Source of the DNA: Gemmatimonadaceae bacterium
GTDB lineage: Bacteria > Gemmatimonadota > Gemmatimonadetes > Gemmatimonadales > Gemmatimonadaceae
NCBI GenBank assembly: GCA_051859245.1
Contig: JBHYGA010000001.1
Location: forward strand, 1,341,722-1,405,721
Length of the DNA stretch: 64,000 nt
Direction: 5' to 3'
The position numbers were made by a program, and so were the translations under genes. Every line of letters begins with the position of its first letter. Positions within the stretch are counted from its first letter, which is position 1. The notes under the pieces were generated by a model. It searched no databases, was not told the DNA's origin, and saw only the letters and a list, made by a program, of their open reading frames with translations. Below, piece by piece: positions 39,255 to 49,702 of this stretch.

Positions 39255-40271
39255 ATGTCTGAACTTCGTGAAACGCTCGTCATCATTGGCAGTGGTCCTG
39301 CCGCGTGGACGGCTGCGGTCTATGCATCGCGCGCCAATCTCGATCCGGTGGTCTACGAGGGTGAAATCTCCCGTGAGATGGTGCCTGGCGGTCAGCTCAT
39401 GTTCACCACCGACATTGAAAACTTCCCGGGCTTTCCGGAAGCGCTGGGCGGCACCGAACTGATGGAGCGCATGAAGCTCCAGGCGGAGCGGTTTGGCACG
39501 CGGGTGGTCACCGAGAACATCGAGGCCGTGGATTTTTCGCAGCGTCCGTTTGTGCTCACTACGAGCGGCGGCAATCGTGTGCTCGCGAGTGCGGTGATCG
39601 TGTCCACGGGTGCACGCGCAAACTGGCTGGGACTGTCGTCGGAAGAGCGACTTGCGCGTACAGGTGGCGGCGTCTCGTCGTGCGCGGTATGCGACGGTGC
39701 GCTGCCCGCGTTCCGCAATCAGCGACTCGTCGTCGTTGGCGGAGGTGATTCGGCCATGGAAGAAGCGCTCTATCTCACCAAGTTTGCCAGCGAAGTGGTG
39801 ATCGTGCATCGCCGCGATTCGTTCCGCGCCAGCAAGGTGATGGCGGATCGTGTACTGCGGGATCCGAAAGTGCGCGTGGAATGGAATGCACAGGTTGTCG
39901 AAGTGCTCGGCGATGATTTCATCACGGGCGTGCGCATAGAAGCTCTGGTCACCGGCGAGCATCGCGAGATCGCTTGCGGCGGCATGTTCGTCGCCATCGG
40001 TCACACGCCGAACACCGCGTTTCTCGGTGGTCAGTTGGCGCTGCATGACAACGGTTACATCGTCACGCCCGACGGATGGCGTACCACAACGAGCGTGGAA
40101 GGCGTGTTTGCCGCTGGTGACGTGATGGACAGTTACTACCGGCAGGCCGTGACCGCGGCCGGTACGGGTTGCATGGCGGCACTCGAAGCGGAACGTTGGC
40201 TCGCGCACCACGCTGAGCCCACGTCTGATGCGACAACTGCCAGCGCGCACGCCGAAGGAATTCCGGCGTGA
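39255..40271 (+). CDS. trxB: Thioredoxin-disulfide reductase
   Basis: [40 protein letters not shown]. Confidence 0.96.
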   Translation: MSELRETLVIIGSGPAAWTAAVYASRANLDPVVYEGEISREMVPGGQLMFTTDIENFPGFPEALGGTELMERMKLQAERFGTRVVTENIEAVDFSQRPFVLTTSGGNRVLASAVIVSTGARANWLGLSSEERLARTGGGVSSCAVCDGALPAFRNQRLVVVGGGDSAMEEALYLTKFASEVVIVHRRDSFRASKVMADRVLRDPKVRVEWNAQVVEVLGDDFITGVRIEALVTGEHREIACGGMFVAIGHTPNTAFLGGQLALHDNGYIVTPDGWRTTTSVEGVFAAGDVMDSYYRQAVTAAGTGCMAALEAERWLAHHAEPTSDATTASAHAEGIPA

Positions 40272-40909
40272 GGATTGACGCCTTCACCGTGGGCCCTTTG
40301 CAGGAAAACTGCTATCTCGTGGTGGATGAGCAGGCGGGTGAAGCGGTGCTGGTCGACCCCGGTGACGAAGCGCCGCGTCTGGCTGCAGCAGTGCGCGCGT
40401 CCGGCGCCCGCTTAACGGCGATCTGGCTAACGCACGCGCACGTGGATCACGTTGGCGCGGTGGCACCGCTGGCCAAAGAGTTTAACGTCCCCGTGGCGCT
40501 CCACCCGTTCGATCGGCCGTTGTACGATCGCGCGCCGCAGATCGGACTCACGTACGGCATGCGCATTGATCCGCTGCCGGTACCCGCGCTGGAGCTTGGC
40601 GAAGGGCTTGCGGTGCAGGTGGGAGCGTGCCGATTTGATGTCTTGCACCTGCCTGGCCACGCGCCGGGCCACGTCGCATTTCTGGGACACGGGGTAATGT
40701 TCAGTGGTGACGTGCTGTTTGCGGGTTCGATCGGCCGCACCGACCTGCCGCTGTGCGATCCGAGCGCGATGCGTTCGTCGCTGCAGCGACTGTCAACGCT
40801 TGAGCCTGCGACGATCGTGTATCCCGGGCACGGACCGGCCACCAGTATTGCCCGTGAGCTAAGCTCGAACCCGTTTTTGTCTGGCCTCGCGCGCCCGATT
40901 GGCTCCTGA
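40268..40909 (+). CDS. MBL-fold metallohydrolase (glyoxalase II-like)
   Basis: THAHVDH, PGHAPGH, SGDVLF, PGHG. Confidence 0.93.
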   Translation: MRIDAFTVGPLQENCYLVVDEQAGEAVLVDPGDEAPRLAAAVRASGARLTAIWLTHAHVDHVGAVAPLAKEFNVPVALHPFDRPLYDRAPQIGLTYGMRIDPLPVPALELGEGLAVQVGACRFDVLHLPGHAPGHVAFLGHGVMFSGDVLFAGSIGRTDLPLCDPSAMRSSLQRLSTLEPATIVYPGHGPATSIARELSSNPFLSGLARPIGS

Positions 40910-40976
40910 CGCGTGCTGGCGGGTAGTATCGCCAATTGCTGTCGATCGACTGTACCACTCCTCTGCCTTCCCTTTC

Positions 40977-41798
40977 ATGCTATCATCGCCTGTCATCTCG
41001 CGCGTCGCGCGTCGCCTGCATGCTGTCGCCATGGTCACGCTGGCGCTGGGCGTGTCCGCCTGCATTGACGTTTCGGATCCGGACGCGAACAATCGGTTTG
41101 GCTCCATTTCGATTCGCGCCTCGAGCGGCGGCGCCGGCCCGTATCGCGCGTTGCCCACGGCGATCTTTTTCACGGGGTCGCCGAGCACACTGCCAAACAG
41201 CGCGTCGCAGACTGATCAGTGTGGGCAGTTCCCACTGGCACCGGAGCAGCTCGTGCCAGGAACGTTGGTGGCCGGAGAGGAGCTTGCGCTGCGTGTTGGC
41301 GGGCAGAATTTGACGATGACCGAAGCACCCAACGCGCCTCGGATTTATACCATGCCGCCGCCAGGCGAGTTTATCTACGCTGCGGGAGATACGCTGCGGG
41401 TCACGTTGCCGGGCGCTGCCGGTGGATTTCCGGGATCACAGATTTCGCTGCGGCTTGCTGAGGCGGTCCGCCTCGGTCCTCTCACGCCGACCGCGATCGG
41501 CGAGGATTATCCGATTTCGTGGCAGCAGAATGGAGATGCTCGTTCGGGCATCATCATCTCGATGCGCTACGCCTCAGCGGCTTCGACCACAGCGGCAAAC
41601 CTGCAGGTGCTCTGCCTTGTGCGCGACAACGGATCATACACGATTCCGGGCGGTCTGCTCACTGAGTGGTACACGTCCAACCCGTCGTTCCGTAGTGTGA
41701 ATGTGTTGCGCTGGCGTACGAACACGGTGGAAGTAGATCCGCGCTCCACGCTTTACATCGTGTCAACGATCGACACCACGGTTGTTCTCGCCAACTAA
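40977..41798 (+). CDS. Hypothetical lipoprotein
   Basis: Lipobox VSAC; beta-rich mature region. Confidence 0.72.
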   Translation: MLSSPVISRVARRLHAVAMVTLALGVSACIDVSDPDANNRFGSISIRASSGGAGPYRALPTAIFFTGSPSTLPNSASQTDQCGQFPLAPEQLVPGTLVAGEELALRVGGQNLTMTEAPNAPRIYTMPPPGEFIYAAGDTLRVTLPGAAGGFPGSQISLRLAEAVRLGPLTPTAIGEDYPISWQQNGDARSGIIISMRYASAASTTAANLQVLCLVRDNGSYTIPGGLLTEWYTSNPSFRSVNVLRWRTNTVEVDPRSTLYIVSTIDTTVVLAN

Positions 41799-41881
41799 GT
41801 TCGCGCACCAGATGCCCACGCCGAGAACGCGTCGCGCCACGGCGCGTTCGGCATAAGGATTTCCTGTCTTCACGGAACGGC

Positions 41882-43285
41882 ATGAGCACACGCATCGAGA
41901 AGGATCCGCTCGGCGAGTTGCCCGTGCCGACAGCGGCACTCTACGGAGTGCAGACACTTCGCGCCGCGCAAAATTTTCCTATCAGCGGACTTGCTCCGCT
42001 GCCTGCGTTCGTCACCGCCGTCGTGCACATCAAACGTGCGGCGGCGCTCGCGCACAACGCGTCCGGCAGGCTCGACGAGTCCCTCGCGAACGCGATCGTC
42101 TCCGCCGCTGACGAAGTGCTGGCGGGTCAGCATCGCGAGCACTTCATTGTGGATCCGTACCAGGCGGGTGCTGGTACATCGCACAACATGAACGCGAACG
42201 AAGTGCTCGCGAATCGTGCGAACGAGTTGCTCGGATCGGCGCGTGGTACCTATGCTCCGGTGCATCCGAATGATCACGTCAACATGGCGCAATCCACCAA
42301 CGACGTGATCCCCACCGCGATCCGTCTCGGTGCACTCGACATGTTGCGCCCGTTTGATCGTGCGGTGTCGGCGTTGATTGCGACACTGGCGGAAAAGGGC
42401 ATCGAGTTTGACGATGTACTCAAAAGCGGACGCACGCATTTGCAGGACGCCATGCCCATTCGTCTGGGTCAGGAGTTCACGGCCTATGCGCGAACGCTTG
42501 AGCGCAATCTCGCGCGTGTGCATCAGGCGGCAGACTATTTGCGCGATCTCGGTATCGGTGGAAGCGCTGTGGGCACGGGCGTGAACGTGGAGCCTTCATA
42601 TCCGTCGGCCATGGTCGCGGAGCTCTCCAACGCGATGTCGCTCGAACTGCGAGCGGGCAGCGACCGTATTCAGCTCATGCAGAGCCTCGGTGATGCTGCT
42701 GCGTTCAGCGCCACGTTGCGCGTGTTCGCGCTGGATCTCAGCAAAATTGTGTCGGACTTGCGCCTGATGGTGAGCGGGCCGCGCACCGGACTTGATGAGA
42801 TTCGTCTGCCCGCCGTGCAACCTGGCTCGTCGATCATGCCCGGAAAGATCAACCCGTCGATCCCGGAAATGGTGAACCAGGTGTGTTTCCAGGTGGTGGG
42901 CAACGATTCGTGCGTCAGCATGGCCGCCGAGCACGGCCAGCTCGAGTTGAACGTGATGATGCCAGTCATTGCGCACAACATTTTCCAGTCCATGGAGATT
43001 CTCACGAACGCTGTGCGTGTACTCGACGAGAGATGCGTGCGCGGGATCGAAGCGAACCGGGAAATGTGCGCGTACTGGCTCGAGCGTTCGGCGGCGCTGG
43101 CAACGGCGCTGGCTCCCCGTATTGGTTACGCCAGGGCGGCCGAACTCAGCAAGCAGTCGGTCAAGGAAGAGGTCCTGATCCGCGAACTGGTGCACCGCGA
43201 GCAGGTGCTGCCGCCGGAAGAGATCGATCGCGTACTCGATCTGCGGCGTCTCACGGAAATCGGTGTTCCCGGCGAAGCGTCCTGA
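41882..43285 (+). CDS. aspA: Aspartate ammonia-lyase (class II fumarase superfamily)
   Basis: QAGAGTSHNMNANEVLANRA, GRTHLQDA, GSSIMPGKINP. Confidence 0.85.
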   Translation: MSTRIEKDPLGELPVPTAALYGVQTLRAAQNFPISGLAPLPAFVTAVVHIKRAAALAHNASGRLDESLANAIVSAADEVLAGQHREHFIVDPYQAGAGTSHNMNANEVLANRANELLGSARGTYAPVHPNDHVNMAQSTNDVIPTAIRLGALDMLRPFDRAVSALIATLAEKGIEFDDVLKSGRTHLQDAMPIRLGQEFTAYARTLERNLARVHQAADYLRDLGIGGSAVGTGVNVEPSYPSAMVAELSNAMSLELRAGSDRIQLMQSLGDAAAFSATLRVFALDLSKIVSDLRLMVSGPRTGLDEIRLPAVQPGSSIMPGKINPSIPEMVNQVCFQVVGNDSCVSMAAEHGQLELNVMMPVIAHNIFQSMEILTNAVRVLDERCVRGIEANREMCAYWLERSAALATALAPRIGYARAAELSKQSVKEEVLIRELVHREQVLPPEEIDRVLDLRRLTEIGVPGEAS

Positions 43286-43350
43286 GCCGTTTGCTGCCGC
43301 CGCCGCCGGGCACGACGTGGCGTGTGCAGGGTAGCAGGCACCACGAATGC

Positions 43351-43385
43351 TTGCCATGCAGGGCGCGATTCCGGTAGACTGATAT
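43351..43385 (+). promoter_or_regulatory. sigma70 promoter, probably giving a leaderless rrf2 mRNA
   Basis: TTGCCA-18-TAGACT-5 nt-ATG(43386). Confidence 0.55.
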
Positions 43386-43880
43386 ATGCGTATTACGACG
43401 TGGGCGGAGTATGGGCTGATTTGCGCGCTGCATCTGGCGCGCCGTCAGGATGAAGGGCCTGTCACGGGCCGCGAAATCGCGGCCAACGAACGGCTCTCGG
43501 GCGACTACGTCGAACAGATACTGCTGCGACTTCGTCGCGCAGAAATCGTGCGCAGCACACGTGGTGCGCGCGGCGGATATCAGCTTGCACGGCCGGCCGC
43601 AGAAATCACCGTGCGTGATGTGATTCAGGCGTCGGAGCTGTCCACGTTTGATCTGCACTGCGTGTCGCATCCCGTGGATAGCGAACGATGCTCCGATGCG
43701 AGCGCGTGCAGCATTCGCCCGGTGTGGCTGTTATTGCAACAGCGCATTGACGAAGTGCTTGAAGGCGTGAAGCTCTCCGACCTGATCGCGCACGAGGCGA
43801 CAATTCGGGCGCGCGTTGGCCTCTCATCCGTTGGCGTACGACCCGGCACGGGTGTAGCGCTGCCCGTATTGCAGGGCTGA
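43386..43880 (+). CDS. Rrf2-family regulator with three C-terminal Cys (Fe-S-binding type)
   Basis: EYG, YVEQIL, STRGARGGYQL; C-x9-C-x5-C. Confidence 0.93.
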   Translation: MRITTWAEYGLICALHLARRQDEGPVTGREIAANERLSGDYVEQILLRLRRAEIVRSTRGARGGYQLARPAAEITVRDVIQASELSTFDLHCVSHPVDSERCSDASACSIRPVWLLLQQRIDEVLEGVKLSDLIAHEATIRARVGLSSVGVRPGTGVALPVLQG

Positions 43881-43885
43881 TTCGT

Positions 43886-44443
43886 ATGCGAGGATTGTTG
43901 GCCTCCATGCAGGAAAAGAAGCGTCGACAGGGGTTGGCCGAACGCTATGTGGCCGCGCTGCTGAAGTCGGCGTCAGCAGACGATGTGAAACTGTTGGCGA
44001 ATGCCGGCGGAAAATCGGAAGCACTCGCGCGTATCGAACTGGCGTACGCGCAGCGTGCGATCGGTTTGATTGTGGCCGAGCGGGATGCGCTTGATGATCA
44101 GACCGCTGCAGACGTGTCGCACGCGCTTGACGCTGTGGTCGCGAAGGAAGCGCGCTCGCAACGAGAGCTGACCGGGGCGTGGAGTGAACACTGGCGCGAC
44201 TACGCCGATGCGCTTGCCGCTCGCGGTCGTGCTGAACCGCCGCTCGGGCGCATTGCGCGCGTGTTGCTGCGGCGCTGCGGCGTGATGGAGCCAAGCGCCG
44301 AGCAGTTGGAGCGAGCGGTTGGCATCGTCACGGCGTTCCGCCACGCCGCGAATGACGCGCTGCGCTCGGTGTACGGGGCGGCCTCGCTGCCTGAGGACAG
44401 AACCCCGTCCGCGTGGTTCCGCGAGAAGACCGGACACGGCTGA
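43886..44443 (+). CDS. Hypothetical helical protein
   Basis: Starts 5 bp after rrf2; followed by a terminator. Confidence 0.7.
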   Translation: MRGLLASMQEKKRRQGLAERYVAALLKSASADDVKLLANAGGKSEALARIELAYAQRAIGLIVAERDALDDQTAADVSHALDAVVAKEARSQRELTGAWSEHWRDYADALAARGRAEPPLGRIARVLLRRCGVMEPSAEQLERAVGIVTAFRHAANDALRSVYGAASLPEDRTPSAWFREKTGHG

Positions 44444-44465
44444 TCGCGCGTGGTGTACACGAACG

Positions 44466-44504
44466 ACAAAGCGGCGGAGCACCCGAGGGTGTCCGCCGCT
44501 TTGT
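44466..44504. terminator. Bidirectional hairpin terminator between the rrf2 operon and tRNA-Leu
   Basis: ACAAAGCGGCGGA...TCCGCCGCTTTGT. Confidence 0.75.
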
Positions 44505-44530
44505 GTACTCAGTCATCAACTCCTCACAGG

Positions 44531-44614
44531 TGCCGAAGGCCGGACTCGAACCGGCACGGGCTTGCGCCCACTGCGCCCTGAACGCAGCGCGTCTACCAAT
44601 TCCACCACTCCGGC
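44531..44614 (-). tRNA. tRNA-Leu(CAG), 3' CCA not encoded (CCT follows)
   Basis: GCCGGAGTGGTGGAATTGGTAGAC...CTGCG-TTCAGGG-CGCAG, long variable arm, GGTTCGAGTCC, CTTCGGCA. Confidence 0.97.
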
Positions 44615-44646
44615 GTGCGCAACCCACGAACTTTGCGCGAATCGTG

Positions 44647-44676
44647 AGTATAGGGGGAGGGATATCCCCAAGTCAA
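44647..44676 (-). promoter_or_regulatory. Near-consensus sigma70 promoter of tRNA-Leu
   Basis: TTGACT-18-TATACT. Confidence 0.7.
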
Positions 44677-44736
44677 CGTGTCGCGCGGCGCAAACTGTTG
44701 TGCCGCGTGCCTGAACCGTCTTAGCTTCACAATCGC

Positions 44737-45210
44737 ATGGCCAAACCTGATGATTCGGACGAACCGAGAAAGCTGATCGCGCGGAACAAGCGCGCCCGTC
44801 ACGACTACGAGATTACGGAGACGTGGGAGGCGGGCCTCGTGCTGAAAGGCACCGAGGTCAAATCCCTGCGTGAAGGCCGTGCCAACCTCACGGACGCCTA
44901 CGGCATCACGGTGGAGGGCGAGGTCTTCATTCTGAACCTCAACATCGGGACCTACGGGCAGGGGAACCAGTTCAATCACGACCCCACCCGGTCGCGAAAA
45001 CTGTTGCTCCACCGGCGGGAAATCCGTCGTTTATACGGTTCGCTCGAGCGGCAGGGACTCACTCTGATTCCGCTGGAGATGTACTTCGTTCGCGGTCGCG
45101 TCAAAGTGCTGCTCGGGCTGGGTCGAGGGAAAAAGGCCCATGACAAGCGCGAGGATATCAAGCGCAAAGACGCGGACCGCGAGATTGCCCGTGCGCTCCG
45201 CACTCGCTAG
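44737..45210 (+). CDS. smpB: SsrA-binding protein
   Basis: NKRARHDY, EAGLVLKGTEVKSLR, RKLLLHRREI, GKKAHDKR. Confidence 0.98.
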   Translation: MAKPDDSDEPRKLIARNKRARHDYEITETWEAGLVLKGTEVKSLREGRANLTDAYGITVEGEVFILNLNIGTYGQGNQFNHDPTRSRKLLLHRREIRRLYGSLERQGLTLIPLEMYFVRGRVKVLLGLGRGKKAHDKREDIKRKDADREIARALRTR

Positions 45211-45254
45211 GTCGCGTCGCGCCCGTCTTTTGTCCTTCGTCGTCCGCTGAACTC

Positions 45255-46496
45255 GTGTTGCTCTCGCTCCTCTGTGCCTGTCAGATCGCTGCTGCCTCGC
45301 CGCCGCCACTGGTTGTGAAGGTGGGCGATCGCGTGCGCTCCGTGCCCGTGGTCGCGCACCCAGAGGGTGGGTCGGCCATGCGTGCCGACCTGCTCGCCGA
45401 GGCCTTGGGCGGCACGTTCGCCCGTGACACGAGCGGTCGCTGGCGTCTGAATATTGGGGAAACGGGGCTCACGCTTACCGTGCTCTCGCCCTTCGCCCAG
45501 AACGGCGACGACGTGTGGCCAATGCCCTCGTCTCCGTACGCCACGGCGGGTCGGGTGTTCGTGCCGTACGCGCTCGCCGCTGACGTGCTGCCGCGTGCCA
45601 TGGGCGGGCTGCTCTTTGACACCCAGCGCATCGAGCTGCGGCGTTTTGCGCCCGTCACACGACGCGCCGTGGTGGCCAAGGAGTCTGAGGATCCGCCGGC
45701 TCGCTCCGTTCCCCCGCCCGTGCAGGCCACAGCCGTGACACCGCCGCCGCTTTCGGCGCCCGCCCGAGCGCCGGCGCGCAGTCGGCTCGTGGTGGTCGAT
45801 GCAGGACATGGTGGACGCGACCCAGGCACGACACTGAACACGGGCACCACGCGAGTCGCCGAAAAAACCGTGGCCCTCGCCGTGTCGCTCAAACTGCGCG
45901 AGGCTCTGCAGGCGCGCGGCGTGACTGTTGTGATGACGCGTACCAAAGACACACTCATCGCATTGCGGGATCGTGGCCCGATTGCCAATCGCGCCAAAGG
46001 CGATCTGTTCGTGTCGGTGCACGTGAACGCGGCCAATCCGAACTGGAAAAACCCCACGGCAACGCGCGGCTTCGAAACCTATTTTCTGGCCGAAGCAAAA
46101 ACGGCGGATGACGCGCGCGTGGCGGAAATGGAGAACGAAGCGGTCAAGTTTGAAACGACCGAAGAAACATCGCGTTCCGATCCGCTCGGCTTCATTCTGC
46201 GTGACATGGCGCAGAACGAACATCTGCGCGAATCACTCATGCTGGCCACACTCACGCAGGATCACCTCAAGTCGGTGCATCCGGGACCGAGTCGTGGTGT
46301 GAAGCAGGCGCCATTCAGTGTGCTCGTGCACTCGTTTATGCCGTCCATGCTGGTGGAGCTTGGATTCGGTTCAAACCCGGCCGAAGCGCGTTGGATGCTG
46401 TCGGAGGCCGGACAGAAGGAACTAGCCGAAGCCATTGCCGACGCGTGTGTCGCGTATCTCGCGCAATACGAACGCAAAGTGATGGGCGAGCCGTGA
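45255..46496 (+). CDS. N-acetylmuramoyl-L-alanine amidase (Amidase_3, AmiC-like)
   Basis: DAGHGG, EK, SVHVN, GFETY, LVELGF. Confidence 0.92.
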   Translation: MLLSLLCACQIAAASPPPLVVKVGDRVRSVPVVAHPEGGSAMRADLLAEALGGTFARDTSGRWRLNIGETGLTLTVLSPFAQNGDDVWPMPSSPYATAGRVFVPYALAADVLPRAMGGLLFDTQRIELRRFAPVTRRAVVAKESEDPPARSVPPPVQATAVTPPPLSAPARAPARSRLVVVDAGHGGRDPGTTLNTGTTRVAEKTVALAVSLKLREALQARGVTVVMTRTKDTLIALRDRGPIANRAKGDLFVSVHVNAANPNWKNPTATRGFETYFLAEAKTADDARVAEMENEAVKFETTEETSRSDPLGFILRDMAQNEHLRESLMLATLTQDHLKSVHPGPSRGVKQAPFSVLVHSFMPSMLVELGFGSNPAEARWMLSEAGQKELAEAIADACVAYLAQYERKVMGEP

Positions 46497-47938
46497 TGGT
46501 GTACGCACCTCGGCGCGTCGCACGGTGCGTCGCCGTCGGGGTGATGCTGCTGAGCAGCGGCTGTGCGTATTACAACGGCATGTACAACGCGCGACAGGCT
46601 ATGCGTCGCGCTGACGCGCTCGCGCAGCGCGGATTGATCGATAGCGCGTCCGTGCACTACGCACGCGCGGCGGAAGCGGCCGAGTACGTATTGCGGCGAC
46701 ATGCGGATTCTCCGTTCCGGTCCGAGGCGTTGTTGCTCGCCGGCCAGGCCTCGGCGCAAACGGGGGCGTGCAGCACGGCAACCGACCGGTTGAGTGCGCT
46801 GCTGGCGCTCGACAGTCTGTCACTTGATGATCGGGCGCGCGCCAGTCTGGCCTTCGCCGTGTGTCACGTGCAGAACGCCGAGTATGCGGCGGCCGCCACG
46901 CGACTTGAAGCGGTGGACATTGCGCTCACCCAGGCTGACAGCGCGGCCACAGCAACCACCGAACGTCAGGAGCTTCGGCGCGCGGTCCGTCGCTGGCGTG
47001 CGCGCATTGCGCTGGCCATGAACGACGCGACACTTGCGGATCAGCTGTTGCGCGACCTGAGTGAACGCGATGCGCCGTGGGAACGCGCTGCGTTCGCGGT
47101 GTCACAACGCGACTGGCCGCGCGCCGATGCGCTGTTGGTTGCGCGGGCCACGGTTGGTGACGTGCATCCCATGCTCGACGCCTTGTTGCGTGACGCGTCG
47201 GTGCAGCAGCAGTACTCGCTCGTTTCGCGCGTTGCGGATGCGTACGCCGCCAGTCAGGCACCGCGTGCCGTTCGGGCGCGTGTGCAGCTGTTGGCAGGCG
47301 ACGCGGCGGCGCTCGCGGGAGATTCGACCACGGCGCGCTCGCACTACAGCCGCGTCCTGAGTCGCGCGCTTGCCGACAGCATCACGGTGCGAGAGGCATC
47401 CGCGCGGCTCACGCAGATGGCGGTCATGCGCGCGGATTCTGTGTCGGCATTACGGGCGCTGCTCGACACCGCACCGGTTGAAGCACGCGGCAGTGCTGTG
47501 TACGACCGCATCGAAGCGGCGAGTGTCTTGTTCCTGAGTTTGTACGACACCGATGATCCATCGGGTGCGGCGTGGTATCTGGCGGGTGAGGTGGCGCGCG
47601 ACAGTCTGTCGTCGCGGCGACTGGCGCTCACGGTGTGGCGCGAACTCGAGATGCGTTGGCCCGACGCGCCGCTGACACCGCGCGCGCTCTACGCGGCGCA
47701 CGTGCTGACGCCCGACTCGGCCGACGCGATCAAGGCACGATTGCTGACTCGGTATAGCGCGTCGTCCATGGCGTCGCTTGTGCGGGGCGAAGGCGTGAAT
47801 GAGTCGGCCGATCAGCGGGCGGCCGATGCGTTGCTCGAATCGCGCTGGCGCTTGGCCGTACGTGGGCTCGACGAAGCGCTTCGCCTGCGGCGCTCCGCCG
47901 CTCGTTCTGACACCACGCGTGCCCCGAATGGCCGGTAA
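46496..47938 (+). CDS. TPR-like helical lipoprotein
   Basis: Lipobox SSGC followed by AYYNGMYNA; Ala-rich helical repeats. Confidence 0.72.
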   Translation: MVYAPRRVARCVAVGVMLLSSGCAYYNGMYNARQAMRRADALAQRGLIDSASVHYARAAEAAEYVLRRHADSPFRSEALLLAGQASAQTGACSTATDRLSALLALDSLSLDDRARASLAFAVCHVQNAEYAAAATRLEAVDIALTQADSAATATTERQELRRAVRRWRARIALAMNDATLADQLLRDLSERDAPWERAAFAVSQRDWPRADALLVARATVGDVHPMLDALLRDASVQQQYSLVSRVADAYAASQAPRAVRARVQLLAGDAAALAGDSTTARSHYSRVLSRALADSITVREASARLTQMAVMRADSVSALRALLDTAPVEARGSAVYDRIEAASVLFLSLYDTDDPSGAAWYLAGEVARDSLSSRRLALTVWRELEMRWPDAPLTPRALYAAHVLTPDSADAIKARLLTRYSASSMASLVRGEGVNESADQRAADALLESRWRLAVRGLDEALRLRRSAARSDTTRAPNGR

Positions 47939-47992
47939 TTTCGCTAGATTTCTGGGATAACCACGATCCCCACGGCCTCATCACTGATTCGA

Positions 47993-48982
47993 GTGGCTCT
48001 CTCTACCGCGTCTCCTGACACTACGCAGCCTACGGTCACCGCAATGCCGCGCCAGTTGCCGCTTGGTGTGCATGCCGCGGGGCTCTCGTTTCGAAATCCG
48101 ATTGTGCTGGCATCGGGCACCGCCGGGTACGGATACGAACTCGCTGAAGTGGTTGACCTGGATGCGATCGGTGGTGTGTCGAGCAAAGCGGTGAGTGTGG
48201 CACCGCGTCATGGCGCCGCGCCGCTGCGGGTCGGAGAGTTCGCGGGTGGCATGATCAACGCGGTGGGACTCGCGAACCCCGGCATGGAAGCGGTCAAGCG
48301 CGAACATCTCGGCTACATGACGCGTGAACACGCCAACACGCGCGTGCTAGTGAATGTTATCGGCTTTTCCATTCCTGAGTTTGCGGAAGTGATCGCGCAC
48401 CTCGATGACGCGCCAGGCCACAGTGCCTACGAACTGAACGTGAGTTGTCCGAACACCAAGGCGGGTGGTATCGAGTTTGGCGCCGATCCAAGTGCGCTGG
48501 CCGAGGTAGTGTCGAGTGCGCGTGCCGCCACGAAGCGCCCGCTCTTTGTGAAGCTGTCGCCGGCGCTGGGGACGGGGCTTGTTGCGGCGGCAAAAACGGC
48601 GGTGGACGCCGGTGCGGATGCAATCACCTTAATCAACACCATGCCTGGCCTTGTGATTGATACCGATGCTCGCAAACCGCGTCTGGGATTCGGCAGCGGC
48701 GGCGTGAGCGGACCGGCGCTGTTGCCCATTGGTGTGCTCGCGACATGGCGCGTATCGCAAGCGTTGCCCGGCGTTCCGCTCTGTGGTTTGGGTGGTGTGT
48801 CCACAGCAGATGACGCGTTGCAGTACATCTTGGCGGGTGCGTCGCTGGTTGGTGTTGGTACCGCGATGCTGCGCGATCCACGCGCACCGGAGCGCATTGT
48901 GCGTGATCTCGCCTCATGGTGCCGCAGGCACAACGTGTCGGATCTCTCGAGCGTGCGTGGTTCGCTCAGGTGGCCGTCATGA
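47993..48982 (+). CDS. pyrD: Dihydroorotate dehydrogenase, family 1; start may be 48044
   Basis: LASGT, NAVGLANPG, ELNVSCPN, VKLSP, INT, GGVSGPAL. Confidence 0.95.
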   Translation: MALSTASPDTTQPTVTAMPRQLPLGVHAAGLSFRNPIVLASGTAGYGYELAEVVDLDAIGGVSSKAVSVAPRHGAAPLRVGEFAGGMINAVGLANPGMEAVKREHLGYMTREHANTRVLVNVIGFSIPEFAEVIAHLDDAPGHSAYELNVSCPNTKAGGIEFGADPSALAEVVSSARAATKRPLFVKLSPALGTGLVAAAKTAVDAGADAITLINTMPGLVIDTDARKPRLGFGSGGVSGPALLPIGVLATWRVSQALPGVPLCGLGGVSTADDALQYILAGASLVGVGTAMLRDPRAPERIVRDLASWCRRHNVSDLSSVRGSLRWPS

Positions 48983-49698
48983 GCGCGCGTGTGGTGATCC
49001 CGATCGTCGCGCTGGATGTGCCGGATACGCATTCGGCACGCGCGCTGGTCACGCAGCTGGGTAGCGCGTGTGATTTTTACAAGGTGGGTCTGGAGCTGTA
49101 CGCCGCCGAAGGACCGTCCATTGTGACGTGGCTGCGCGAGCAGGGCAAGCGCGTCTTTGTGGATCTCAAGCTGCACGACATTCCCAACACAGTGCGTGGT
49201 GCAGCGCGCAGTGTGTCACGTCATGGTGCCTCGTTGCTCACCGTGCACGCTGGTGGCGGCGCGGCGATGGTGCAGGCCGCGGTCGAAGGCGCGCGCGAGG
49301 GCGGCGGCGAGTGTGAAATCATTGCGGTCACACTGCTCACGTCGCTCGATGCCGCGACCGTGGCGCGAACGTGGGGGCGCTCCGAAGTTGATGTGACGAC
49401 CGAGGTGGTGCGCCTCGCTGGCATCGCGCGTGAAGGCGGAGCCGCCGGAGTGGTGTGCAGCGGCCACGAGCTTGGCGCGCTCACCGCCGCGTACGGTTCC
49501 GCGCTCGGCTATCTGGTGCCCGGACTCAGGCTCGCCGGCGGCGCAGCGCACGATCAGCAGCGCGTGATGACGCCAGTTGCCGCGGCAGAAGCCGGGGCGA
49601 GTTGGTTGATTCTCGGGCGCGCGGTCACGGGGGCCGCGGATCCTGCGGCGGCCATGCGCGAGATCACGCAGGCACTGCGCCAGCAGCAGCACGCGTAA
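48979..49698 (+). CDS. pyrF: Orotidine-5'-phosphate decarboxylase
   Basis: VALD, KVG, DLKLHDIPNT, PGLR, GR. Confidence 0.96.
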   Translation: MSARVVIPIVALDVPDTHSARALVTQLGSACDFYKVGLELYAAEGPSIVTWLREQGKRVFVDLKLHDIPNTVRGAARSVSRHGASLLTVHAGGGAAMVQAAVEGAREGGGECEIIAVTLLTSLDAATVARTWGRSEVDVTTEVVRLAGIAREGGAAGVVCSGHELGALTAAYGSALGYLVPGLRLAGGAAHDQQRVMTPVAAAEAGASWLILGRAVTGAADPAAAMREITQALRQQQHA

Positions 49699-49702
49699 CG
49701 GA

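Noticed and set aside
44615..45260. tmRNA next to smpB
   Set aside because: No tmRNA-like ends or room for one; the neighbouring RNA is tRNA-Leu.
47993..49698. Family 1 pyrD without an adjacent pyrK
   Set aside because: pyrK may be elsewhere; cannot be judged from this window.
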